Shown here: one piece after another, positions 49,478 to 58,524 of the stretch
How the letters are laid out: every line of letters begins with the position of its first letter
Numbering within the stretch: position 1 is the first letter of the stretch
Assembly (NCBI GenBank): GCA_963741955.1
Contig: CAVUKB010000010.1
Coordinates: 384,001-448,000 of the forward strand
Direction of reading: 5' to 3'
Length of the DNA: 64,000 bases
Source: an uncultured Acidobacteriota bacterium
GTDB lineage: Bacteria > Acidobacteriota > Thermoanaerobaculia > Gp7-AA8
Position numbers and translations under genes: made by a program
Notes under the pieces: generated by a model
Databases searched by the model: none
What the model was told of the DNA's origin: nothing
Seen by the model: only the letters and a program-made list of their open reading frames with translations

Positions 49478-50416
49478 ATGCTCAGCCTTGATGCGGAGAT
49501 CGGGCGCCTTCGGGACGAACGACGTCTCGATCCGGATCGTGCAGCGACGCTGATCGCGATCGAGAGGGGCAACCTCTTCTCGCTCCATCTCGAGCTGCGC
49601 CTTCTCCTTTACGCGGCGGTCGTGGCGATCGTCACCGGGGTCGGCGTCGTTCTCTCGAAGAACCTCGACCGGATCGGTCCGGTTACCCTGATCGCGGGAA
49701 TCGGTCTGGTTGCCGCGGCCTGCTACCTCTACGCCTGGATCATGCCGCGGCGGCAGGCTCGGGAGCTTTCATTGCTGGAGAGCTACGTCCTCCTCCTCGG
49801 CGCTCTCCTCGTGAGCACCGACGTCGGGTATGCGGAGAGCCAGTTCCATCTGTTCGGTTCCGACTGGTCGCGGTACCTTCTCCTCCTCGCGATCTTCCAC
49901 GGCGCGACCGCGTATCTCTACCGCTCCAAACTCCTCCTGACGGTGTCGATCACGTCGCTCGCGGCGTGGTTCGGGATCGAGAGAAACATCGACACCCTCT
50001 GGGATTCGACTCCGGAGATGGGTCTCCGTGCGCTCGCCTGTGCCGCCGTGGTCTTCGTGTGGCGGGTGTTGGATCGTCGTTTCAGCCGTGCCGGGTTCAC
50101 CAACGTGTTCGATCATGCCGTCGCGAACCTCGCTCTCCTCGGAGCGCTCTTCCTCGTCTTCGACGACTCGACACGATGGATCGGTCTTCTTCTACTGACG
50201 GCCGGCGCCGGCTTCACGATCTTCGCCGGGTTCCGGAATCGTGAAGAGATCTTCCTGGTCTACGGTGTGGTCTACCTCCTGATCGGCGCGGGGGAGGTCG
50301 TCACCGATCTTCTTCACGAAGAAGTCCTGGAGATGCTCTGGTTCCTCGTGACCACGGCGACGGGCGGGGTGTGGCTCTTCATGATGCATCTGCGGCTGAG
50401 GGAGGGTGGATCATGA
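49478..50416 (+). CDS. DUF2157-like membrane protein
   Basis: LFSLHLELRLLLY motif, about 9 TM segments. Confidence 0.7.
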   Translation: MLSLDAEIGRLRDERRLDPDRAATLIAIERGNLFSLHLELRLLLYAAVVAIVTGVGVVLSKNLDRIGPVTLIAGIGLVAAACYLYAWIMPRRQARELSLLESYVLLLGALLVSTDVGYAESQFHLFGSDWSRYLLLLAIFHGATAYLYRSKLLLTVSITSLAAWFGIERNIDTLWDSTPEMGLRALACAAVVFVWRVLDRRFSRAGFTNVFDHAVANLALLGALFLVFDDSTRWIGLLLLTAGAGFTIFAGFRNREEIFLVYGVVYLLIGAGEVVTDLLHEEVLEMLWFLVTTATGGVWLFMMHLRLREGGS

Positions 50417-51480
50417 TGCGGCCGTCCGTCCGGGAAGAACGCTCCTGGAGTCTGATCGATGCGATGAGGAGCTGGAGGAAAGCCGGGCTGGTGACGCCGG
50501 AGGAGGAGCTCGCCGCCCGAGGAGCACGCGCGAGCGGATGGAAGCGCTCCGGCCCGGTGGCGAGAATCGTACTGATGATCTTCGCCGCGATCTGCGTCGC
50601 GTCGTTCTACGGAATTCTCGATCTCGCGCAGATGCCCGGAAGGGGCGTCGTCGTTGCGCTGGCCGCGGTCGGAGTGGCCGAGTTTCTGATCCGGGGGAAA
50701 CGGCTCTTCCACACCGGTTTCGACGAGGGGTTGTACATCGCGGGGCTGTTTGCGTTCATCATCGGGCTTGGCGGGCCGCCGCGGGACGAAGGACTTCTGC
50801 TGTTCGCTCTCGCGTCGCTGATCGCAGGAGTTCGGACGCTCAACGGATTCTTCGTCACCGGCAGTTCGATCTTCGTGATCGCCTACGTCGGAGTGAAACT
50901 CGACAGCGGAATCGCCGCCGGATGGCTGGCGCTGCTGTTCGTTCTCCTTGCGCTCGTTCTCGACCGCATCCCGTTCAACCGGCCGACGCACCAGGACGTG
51001 GTCTCGCTCCATCTCCTCGTCTTCCCGCCTCTCGCCTGGTTTCTCTTTCTTTTCGGGCGGAACGGGCCTGACTCGATGCCGTTCATCTGGATGCTGCTCT
51101 TTCCTCTCTTCGCGGCGGCCCTCCTGGGGGCGGGTCTCCACTTCCGACGTCACCCGCAGCTTCTCGCTGGAATGATTCTGTTCGCCCTCTGGGCGTTCGA
51201 GCTCTCGACGCAGATGAAATGGCGCGGGGATCTCGCCGCGATCGGGTGGGGCGTGACGGGTCTGGCCGCTGCGATGGGAGCGGAGCGAGTCCTCCGGCAC
51301 GAGCATGGGGGAATCACGTCGCGGCAGCTCGCGGCGGGCGAGCTCGATCTGGTGGAGCTGGCGGCGATCATTCCGGTGGTCCCGCGGGCCGCAACCCCTG
51401 CACCGGCATCGGGGCCGCAACTCGACTCCTCCTCGGATGGCGGGAGTTTCGGCGGTGCGGGGGCGAGCGGGGAGTATTGA
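50413..51480 (+). CDS. Hypothetical polytopic membrane protein with Gly-rich C-terminal tail
   Basis: ATGA overlap with the upstream gene, many TMs, ends GGSFGGAGASGEY. Confidence 0.75.
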   Translation: MMRPSVREERSWSLIDAMRSWRKAGLVTPEEELAARGARASGWKRSGPVARIVLMIFAAICVASFYGILDLAQMPGRGVVVALAAVGVAEFLIRGKRLFHTGFDEGLYIAGLFAFIIGLGGPPRDEGLLLFALASLIAGVRTLNGFFVTGSSIFVIAYVGVKLDSGIAAGWLALLFVLLALVLDRIPFNRPTHQDVVSLHLLVFPPLAWFLFLFGRNGPDSMPFIWMLLFPLFAAALLGAGLHFRRHPQLLAGMILFALWAFELSTQMKWRGDLAAIGWGVTGLAAAMGAERVLRHEHGGITSRQLAAGELDLVELAAIIPVVPRAATPAPASGPQLDSSSDGGSFGGAGASGEY

Positions 51481-51657
51481 GCGGCCTGTACTCCGGCCCG
51501 ATCCGAACACGTTCCCGGGTCGCGACGTCCTGGCCGTCAGGCCTCGGCGTCTGATGAGGAAAACTCGTTTGCCGGCACCCGATTCTCCGTTTTCCGCAGC
51601 GCTTCCGCCAACCCGGGATTTTGCGACGCTCCGAAAAAAATCGAGTTGTGAAACGGC

Positions 51658-51824
51658 TGTGGAGAAGTCTGTGGATCGCTGCGGAAAACTATCGATTCAG
51701 GGCTGCGGAAACCCCTGCCCGAAACCTGTGCAGGAAGGCTGCAAAACCTGTCGAAATGGACACGAAAAGGGGTCCCGCTTCTGTGGAAAAATCTGTGGAG
51801 AAGCTGTCGATTTGCAGTGGAGAA
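51658..51824 (+). promoter_or_regulatory. Cluster of co-oriented DnaA-box-like 9-mers
   Basis: TGTGGAGAA 51658, TGTGGATCG 51670, TGCGGAAAA 51680, TGCGGAAAC 51704, TGTGGAAAA 51782, TGTGGAGAA 51794, AGTGGAGAA 51816 (consensus TGTGGATAA). Confidence 0.6.
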
Positions 51825-51881
51825 ACGGCGGATTCCCTGCGCAAAACGTGTGAAGCCTAAGTTCTTCCAAATAGGCCATTT

Positions 51882-51929
51882 ACACTATAAATAGTGGGTG
51901 ATGGCAGCCTCTACCACAATATCTGGTAT
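51882..51929 (+). promoter_or_regulatory. Tandem NrdR boxes
   Basis: ACACTATAAATAGTGG (51882) and CCACAATATCTGGTAT (51914), 32-bp period, upstream of an RNR gene. Confidence 0.85.
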
Positions 51930-51936
51930 AACGTTC

Positions 51937-51965
51937 TTGACATCGTCCGAGGCGAGGCCTATAAA
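51937..51965 (+). promoter_or_regulatory. Sigma70 promoter for the nrdJ region
   Basis: TTGACA-17-TATAAA. Confidence 0.8.
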
Positions 51966-52008
51966 TAAAGTCCATCAAGCTGACAAGTGATGTTTGATGG
52001 GAGGGCAG

Positions 52009-52161
52009 ATGAAGGCTTCGGTCAAGAATCAGCGTATTTCCGCCCCGATGCGTCAGGTCTCGCTCCAGATCCGCGATTCCCTGGTGACCATGAAGGTGAA
52101 AGTGCCGCTGTCGTTGACGAGGCCGCCTATCGGCTCTTCAGTTTCTGAACGGAGACGCTGA
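52009..52161 (+). CDS. Putative 50-aa small or leader protein
   Basis: GGGAGGG RBS, then MKASVKNQRISAPMRQVSLQIRDSLVTMKVKVPLSLTRPPIGSSVSERRR*. First ORF after the promoter; below the ORF-track size cutoff. Confidence 0.45.
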   Translation: MKASVKNQRISAPMRQVSLQIRDSLVTMKVKVPLSLTRPPIGSSVSERRR

Positions 52162-52450
52162 ACGAAGAAATGAGTTTCGTCGTCCTCTCTGCAGGAGGGA
52201 GGACGTGGTTGGAGCTCCGGAAAAGGGACGGAAGTCGGATGATCTTTTGGAAATGAGACCGGACGGGGACGTCGGACCGGAGGGCGCTCGAGAAGACCTG
52301 AAACGTGGGCCTTGGCAGCGTCGGGTCGGGAGGGTGGGCGCAGCTCTTCGGAATCGAAGAACCCCCACCGTCGCGGTCTCGGATTGAATTCCAGAACGTC
52401 ATTCGAACTCCATCCTCCATCCGGAGCTGGAAAGAGAGGAGAGGGGAGTC

Positions 52451-55360
52451 ATGACAGCGATCGAGATCACGGGTTCGGATTCGCGCCCTCGCGGGGAGAA
52501 CTCTCGTCCGCGGGGAAAGAAAGCGGCGAAGGGTGGCGGCATCGAGGTCCCGCGGGTGTTCACGCGCCCCGGGGTGGACGTGTTCGACACCTGCGAATGG
52601 GAGCAGCGGACAGCGGTGATCACCAACGAGCGCGGAGAAGTCGTTTTCGAGCAGCGCGATGTCGAGATGCCGAAGTTCTGGAGCCAGATGGCGACGAACG
52701 TCGTCGTCTCGAAGTACTTCCGGGGGCATCTCGGCACCCCGGAGCGCGAGCGGTCGGTTCGACAGCTGATCGGTCGGGTGGTCCGCTCGATGACCGAATG
52801 GGGGCGCGAAGGCGGCTACTTCGCAACGGAAGCGGACGGTGACTCTTTCCGCGATGAGCTGACGCACATCCTCCTCTACCAGATGGCGTCGTTCAACTCG
52901 CCGGTCTGGTTCAACGTCGGGATCGAAGAAAAGCCGCAGTGCTCGGCGTGTTTCATCAACTCGGTCCGCGACACCATGGATTCGATTCTCTCCCTCGCCA
53001 AGACCGAGGGGATGCTCTTCAAGTACGGATCGGGAACAGGGTCCAACCTGTCGACCATCCGTTCTTCCCGCGAGAGTCTGGCGGGAGGCGGAACGGCCTC
53101 CGGACCGGTCTCCTTCATGAAGGGCTACGACTCGTTCGCCGGCGTGATCAAGTCGGGCGGCAAGACCCGTCGCGCGGCGAAGATGGTGATCCTCAATATC
53201 GACCACCCCGACATCGTCGACTTCATCAACTGCAAGGCACGCGAAGAGAAGAAGGCGTGGGCGCTGATCGAGGCCGGTTTCGAAGGAGCGTTCAACTCCG
53301 TCGGTGGCGCGTACGACTCGGTTCAGTTCCAGAACGCGAACCATTCCGTGCGGGTGACGGACGACTTCATGCGCGCATACGAGAAGGACGGCGACTGGTC
53401 GAGCTGGTCGGTCACCGAGCCGAAACGTCCGATGGACACCTGGAAGGCGCGCTCCCTGATGCGTCAGATCGCCGATTCCGCCTGGATCTGCGGCGACCCG
53501 GGAATGCAGTTCGACACCACAGTGAACGACTGGCACCCCTGCCCGAACACCGCGCGCATCAACGCCTCCAATCCCTGCTCGGAATACATGTTCCTGGACG
53601 ATTCCGCGTGCAATCTCGCCTCGCTGAACCTGATGAAGTTCTACAGCGAGGAGAACGGGTTCGACGTCGAGGCCTACCGGGCAGCGCTCCGCATCGTGAT
53701 CACCGCGCAGGAGATCGCAGTCGACAACGCGAGCTACCCCACCGAAGCGATCGGAAAGAATTCGCATGCGTTCCGTCCGCTCGGGATCGGATACGCGAAC
53801 CTCGGAGCACTTCTGATGGCCCGCGGTCTTCCGTACGACAGTGACGAGGGAAGGGATTACGCAGCCGCGGTCACCGCGATTCTCTCCGGTGAGTCGTATG
53901 CGCAGAGCGCGCGCATCTCAGAGAAGATCGGCCCCTTCGAAGGCTACAAGGTGAACGAAGAGCCGTTCCTCCGGGTGATCGACAAGCACCGGAAGCACGC
54001 CTACACCATCGATCCGCGCAGCGTGCCGGCGGACCTTCTCGCCGCGGCGAGGAACACCTGGGACGAGGCGTACGCACTCGGCGCGAAGCATGGATTCCGC
54101 AATGCCCAGATCTCCGTTCTCGCGCCGACCGGCACCATCGCATTCATGATGGATTGCGACACCACCGGAATCGAGCCCGACATCGCTCTGGTCAAGTACA
54201 AGAAGCTGGTCGGCGGCGGAATGCTCAAGATCGTGAACAACACCGTCCCGACCGCGCTCAAGCGCCTCGGTTACGACCAGAAGCGAATCAATGACATCGT
54301 CCACTACATCGATGAGAACGACACCATCGAGGGTGCGCCGTATCTCGCCGACGAGCATCTGCCGGTCTTCGACTGCGCATTCAAGCCGGCGAACGGAACC
54401 CGTTCCATCCAGTGGATGGGACACCTGAAGATGATGGGCGCGGTTCAGCCTTTCATCTCCGGTGCGATCTCCAAGACCATCAACATGCCGACCGATGCGA
54501 CGGTCGAGGACATCGAGCAGGCGTACTTCGAGGCGTGGCGGCTCGGACTGAAGGCGGTCGCGGTTTACCGTGACGGTTGCAAGCGCTCACAGCCGCTCTC
54601 CACGCGTAAAGAGAAATCCGCCGAAGCCGCCGTCGCCGCGCTCGGCGTCGAGCCGACCGCCGTCCGGCGCAAGCTCCCCGACGAACGCGAATCGATCACC
54701 CACAAATTCTCCGTCGGCGGTCACGAGGGATACATCACCGTCGGAAAATACGAGGACGGAACTCCGGGCGAGATCTTCATCACCATGGCGAAGGAAGGTT
54801 CGACCATCTCCGGCCTGATGGATTCGTTCGCGACCATGACCTCGCTCGCTCTGCAGCATGGCGTTCCGCTACAGCTCCTGGTCGACAAGTTCACCCACAC
54901 CCGGTTCGAGCCCTCGGGCTTCACCAAGAATCCCGAGATCCCGATGGCCAAGTCGATCATGGACTACATCTTCAAGTGGTTGGCCATCAAGTTCCTCTCG
55001 AAGGAGAGCCAGATCAAGGCCGGCGTAATCCAGCGGGATCAGGATCTGCCGGCACCTTCGGAGACTCCGGTGACTGCGGCGGCCGAGACGAGTGCCGTGC
55101 CGACTCCGAAAGCCGACGTGGTCGAGCTCTCGAAGGAAGACCGGAAGTTCGTCGACGAGCTCAAGACCGCTCCGGTGGTCGAGCCTCCGATCGTGGTGAT
55201 GTCTCCGCCGCGCTCGGCCGACCATCCACGGCCGAAGCAGCCATCGACGTTCCTCTATCAACAGGACGCGCCGAGCTGCAGCGACTGCGGCGCGATCATG
55301 GTGCGCAACGGCGCCTGTTACAAGTGCCTGAACTGCGGTTCGACGAGCGGCTGCTCGTAG
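52451..55360 (+). CDS. nrdJ: Vitamin B12-dependent (class II) ribonucleotide reductase with TSCPD domain and C-terminal Zn ribbon
   Basis: FNSPVWFN, PQCSACFI, ASNPCSEY, APTGTI, GLKAVAVYRDG, CSDCG..CYKCLNCGSTSGCS. Confidence 0.97.
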   Translation: MTAIEITGSDSRPRGENSRPRGKKAAKGGGIEVPRVFTRPGVDVFDTCEWEQRTAVITNERGEVVFEQRDVEMPKFWSQMATNVVVSKYFRGHLGTPERERSVRQLIGRVVRSMTEWGREGGYFATEADGDSFRDELTHILLYQMASFNSPVWFNVGIEEKPQCSACFINSVRDTMDSILSLAKTEGMLFKYGSGTGSNLSTIRSSRESLAGGGTASGPVSFMKGYDSFAGVIKSGGKTRRAAKMVILNIDHPDIVDFINCKAREEKKAWALIEAGFEGAFNSVGGAYDSVQFQNANHSVRVTDDFMRAYEKDGDWSSWSVTEPKRPMDTWKARSLMRQIADSAWICGDPGMQFDTTVNDWHPCPNTARINASNPCSEYMFLDDSACNLASLNLMKFYSEENGFDVEAYRAALRIVITAQEIAVDNASYPTEAIGKNSHAFRPLGIGYANLGALLMARGLPYDSDEGRDYAAAVTAILSGESYAQSARISEKIGPFEGYKVNEEPFLRVIDKHRKHAYTIDPRSVPADLLAAARNTWDEAYALGAKHGFRNAQISVLAPTGTIAFMMDCDTTGIEPDIALVKYKKLVGGGMLKIVNNTVPTALKRLGYDQKRINDIVHYIDENDTIEGAPYLADEHLPVFDCAFKPANGTRSIQWMGHLKMMGAVQPFISGAISKTINMPTDATVEDIEQAYFEAWRLGLKAVAVYRDGCKRSQPLSTRKEKSAEAAVAALGVEPTAVRRKLPDERESITHKFSVGGHEGYITVGKYEDGTPGEIFITMAKEGSTISGLMDSFATMTSLALQHGVPLQLLVDKFTHTRFEPSGFTKNPEIPMAKSIMDYIFKWLAIKFLSKESQIKAGVIQRDQDLPAPSETPVTAAAETSAVPTPKADVVELSKEDRKFVDELKTAPVVEPPIVVMSPPRSADHPRPKQPSTFLYQQDAPSCSDCGAIMVRNGACYKCLNCGSTSGCS

Positions 55361-55375
55361 GAACGTGCGGAACTC

Positions 55376-55410
55376 GGTGCACGGTCCGTCGTCGCGGCGG
55401 ACCGTGCACC
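55376..55410 (+). terminator. Strong hairpin after nrdJ (no U-tract; stabiliser or atypical terminator)
   Basis: GGTGCACGGTCCGTCG/CGGCGGACCGTGCACC. Confidence 0.5.
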
Positions 55411-55478
55411 ACCCAGACCTGACGAAACACGGGCGTGCCGGGAGAGTGGACACGAACCACGAACGGAGGGATCTCATC

Positions 55479-55697
55479 ATGGAATGCCGCTGCCCCGCCT
55501 GTGACGCCGTTCTTCTCTGGACCGACCCCATCACCGAAACCTCCTGGATCACCTGCCACGCCTGCGATCGCGGATTCCGTCCCTCCGACGCGCGTTGCGT
55601 CGACTGCGCCGCGCCGTTCGGAAAAACCGACTGGAACCGGCACCGCTGCACGATCGAGTCGAATCTCGGCCTGCACCTCGTCGCGCACGGCGCCTGA
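55479..55697 (+). CDS. Small Cys-rich zinc-ribbon protein (72 aa)
   Basis: RBS GGAGGG; CPAC, CHAC, CVDC and HRC motifs. Confidence 0.7.
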   Translation: MECRCPACDAVLLWTDPITETSWITCHACDRGFRPSDARCVDCAAPFGKTDWNRHRCTIESNLGLHLVAHGA

Positions 55698-55721
55698 CCC
55701 CGGTTCGGTTGATCGGAGGGA

Positions 55722-55830
55722 GCCCAGGACCTCCGTCCCGGGCTATTGTCAAACGCCCCTCCGGGGCTGGCCCGATCCCCGATCCTCGATCCGCGAGGAC
55801 CTGGGATGGTTCAAACGCCCCTCCGGGGCC
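55722..55830. repeat. REP/BIME-like element
   Basis: CCCAGGA..CCCGGG hairpin, then TCAAACGCCCCTCCGGGGC at 55749 and 55811; same layout as 4223-4335. Confidence 0.75.
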
Positions 55831-55835
55831 GTCCC

Positions 55836-56184
55836 CGACCGCCGACCGCCGACCCCCGATCCCCGATCCTCGATCCTCGATCCTCGATCCCCGATCCTCG
55901 ATCCTCGATCCTCGATCCCCGATCCTCGATCCTCGATCCTCGATCACCGATCCTCGATCACCGATCCTCGATCCTCGATCCTCGATCCCCGATCCCCGAT
56001 CCTCGATCCTCGATCCCCGATCCTCGATCCTCGATCCTCGATCCTCGATCCTCGATCCCCGATCCTCGATCCTCGATCCCCGATCCTCGATCCCCGATCC
56101 TCGATCCTCGATCCCCGATCCTCGATCCCCGATCCCCGATCCCCGATCCCCGATCCCCGATCCTCGATCCTCGATCCTCGATCA
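55836..56184 (+). repeat. Long heptamer tandem array (CGATCCT/CGATCCC), about 47-50 units
   Basis: Directly visible, period 7. Confidence 0.97.
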
Positions 56185-56311
56185 TAGATGCCTTACAGCC
56201 GCCCTTGCCACACCCGTAGCTTCCCTGATTCAATCGGGCTCGCAGTTCGCATGACTCGAGGGCTGATTCGTTCAGACGTGCGGGAACGTCCGAACGTGGA
56301 AGGGAGGAACG

Positions 56312-58486
56312 ATGTCATTCCTGTTCAAAGGCATCCTGCTCGTGGCGACGGCGTTCTCGTTCGGAACTGCAGACGTGCCCCCCGGCACGGCCGGACGATC
56401 CGGACAGACGGCGCAAGCCTCTGTCGCCACGCCGCAACATCCGGTTCGCGGAAGGGCAGTGACGGCTCCTTCCCTGTCGTTCTCACCCGGTCAGCTCGAG
56501 GCGTACCTCGACCAGCAGCAGATCGCGTACATCCGGCCGGGCCTCGACATCACCATCAACTCCGTGACGGTCGGCTCAGACGGGAAGCCGGTGGTCGATC
56601 TGACCATTGCCGACAGCCTCGGAAATGCGCTGGACCGGCAGGGTGCGATCACTCCCGGGCCGGTGTCGGTGAGCTTCATCCTCTCGAAATACGTGGAGTC
56701 GACCGAACAGCCTGGAGAGGGTGACTATCACGCCGTCACCACCCGGAGCGTCACCACTCCCGCCTCCAGTCCCCACCCGGGCGTCACGGTGACGCAGCCC
56801 TCGACGGATTCGGGCGGCACGTGGACCGAGCTCGAGATGGGCCACTACGTCTACAAGTTCAAGACTCCGCTCCCCGATGGATTCGATCCGAATCAGACGT
56901 TCACCGTCGGGCTCTACGCCACCCGCGATCTGATGGACATCCTCGGGAAGAACTACTACGACAACGAGGAGTACGACTTCCATCCGAACGGGACTCCGGT
57001 CACCGGGCATTGGGACGAGCTGAGAACCTCGGCGTGCAACCAGTGCCACGATCCTCTCGCCGCGCATGGTGGATCACGGCAGGACGTGAAGCTCTGCGTG
57101 CTCTGCCACACTTCCGACAACGTCGATCCCGACAGCGGGAACTCGGTCGATTTCAAGGTGATGATCCACAAGATTCACGCCGGAGAGAATCTCCCCAGCG
57201 TGCAGGCCGGTACTCCCTACCAGATCATCGGATTTCAGCAGTCGGTACACGATTTTTCGACCGTGGCCTTTCCGCAGGATCTGCGGAACTGCAGCACGTG
57301 CCATCAGGGGCACGATCCGAAAGACGTTCCGACCCAGTCCCAGGTCTGGTATACGGAGCCGTCGCGGGCTGCGTGTGGCGCGTGTCACGACGACATCAAC
57401 TGGTCCACCGGAGCGAACCACCCCGGCGGAGCGCAGATGAACGACGAGGCGTGTTCCCGCTGCCACATCCCCGACAGCGGAGAGGAGTACGACGCATCGA
57501 TCATCGGGGCGCATACCGTTCCGGAAGAATCATCACAGTTGAAGGGATTGAATGCGGCGATCGTCAGTGTGTCCAATGCCGCACCGGGGCAGAATCCGAC
57601 CGTGGTCTTCAAGCTCACGAATGATGCGGGTGAGCCGATCGACGGGACGAAGCTCGACACCTTCGCTCCGATTCTCGGAGGACCGTCGAAGAGCTACGAC
57701 TACGCATGGCGTGAGAACGGACTGAAGTCCGCCGTCTACGACTCCGCGAACGGAACCACCACGTACACCTTCCAGCACGCGCTTCCCGCGGACGCGACCG
57801 GAACATGGACCATCAGCGGCGACTTCTATCGCTTCGTCGATCTGCAGGAAGCGGACGGCGATCCTCCGATCCGATTCCGCGAAGCGGCGTTCAATCCGAT
57901 CAAGTACGTGGCGGTGACGGGGACAGACATCCACCCGCGCCGGATGATCGTCTCCACCGACCAGTGCAACTCGTGTCACGAACATCTCGCACTTCACGGC
58001 GGACAACGGAAGAACGTGATGGAGTGCGTGATCTGCCACAACCCGAATGCGACGGACGAATCACAGAGGCCGGCGGATCAGAATCCTCCGGAATCGATCT
58101 CGTTCCAGCATCTGATTCACCGCATCCACAGTGGGGAGAATCTCACCCGGGACTTCACCATCTTCGGGTTCAATGGAAGCAGGAACAACTTCAATGAAGT
58201 ACGTTTTCCGGGAGACCGCCGCGACTGCGCGAAGTGTCACCTCGACGAGACGTATACTCTGCCGCTCTCGCCGGACGCAGAACCGGTCACCACGCCTCGA
58301 GACTTTTTCAGTCCCGAAGGTCCGGCGACCGCAGCGTGTCTCGGCTGTCACGACAGCCAGGATGCGGCTGCCCACGCATTCCTCAACACCACCGACTTCG
58401 GCTCGGGCGATCGAGTGGCCGAGGCGTGCGCGGTCTGTCATGGTCAGGGCGCCGACTGGGCGGTGTCGAAGGTGCATGCCCGATAG
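56312..58486 (+). CDS. OmcA/MtrC-family decaheme c-type cytochrome
   Basis: Ten CxxCH motifs in a 5+5 arrangement (CNQCH, CVLCH, CSTCH, CGACH, CSRCH; CNSCH, CVICH, CAKCH, CLGCH, CAVCH), HGGxR and MIHKIH motifs, signal peptide. Confidence 0.92.
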   Translation: MSFLFKGILLVATAFSFGTADVPPGTAGRSGQTAQASVATPQHPVRGRAVTAPSLSFSPGQLEAYLDQQQIAYIRPGLDITINSVTVGSDGKPVVDLTIADSLGNALDRQGAITPGPVSVSFILSKYVESTEQPGEGDYHAVTTRSVTTPASSPHPGVTVTQPSTDSGGTWTELEMGHYVYKFKTPLPDGFDPNQTFTVGLYATRDLMDILGKNYYDNEEYDFHPNGTPVTGHWDELRTSACNQCHDPLAAHGGSRQDVKLCVLCHTSDNVDPDSGNSVDFKVMIHKIHAGENLPSVQAGTPYQIIGFQQSVHDFSTVAFPQDLRNCSTCHQGHDPKDVPTQSQVWYTEPSRAACGACHDDINWSTGANHPGGAQMNDEACSRCHIPDSGEEYDASIIGAHTVPEESSQLKGLNAAIVSVSNAAPGQNPTVVFKLTNDAGEPIDGTKLDTFAPILGGPSKSYDYAWRENGLKSAVYDSANGTTTYTFQHALPADATGTWTISGDFYRFVDLQEADGDPPIRFREAAFNPIKYVAVTGTDIHPRRMIVSTDQCNSCHEHLALHGGQRKNVMECVICHNPNATDESQRPADQNPPESISFQHLIHRIHSGENLTRDFTIFGFNGSRNNFNEVRFPGDRRDCAKCHLDETYTLPLSPDAEPVTTPRDFFSPEGPATAACLGCHDSQDAAAHAFLNTTDFGSGDRVAEACAVCHGQGADWAVSKVHAR

Positions 58487-58524
58487 AGGAGGGATGACGC
58501 GCAAGAGAGAGGCCGCGCCGGTTG

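Noticed and set aside
52162-52450. Cobalamin riboswitch ahead of nrdJ
   Set aside because: No B12 box or conserved GGGAA / GCCCCCGCAACTGT-type elements were recognised.
55435-56254. ORFs with (DPRSSIL)n or (IEDRGSR)n repeats, and similar ORFs at 13356-14159, 29339-30009 and 42970-43478
   Set aside because: They are translations of period-7 DNA arrays, open in several frames, with no RBS or domain.
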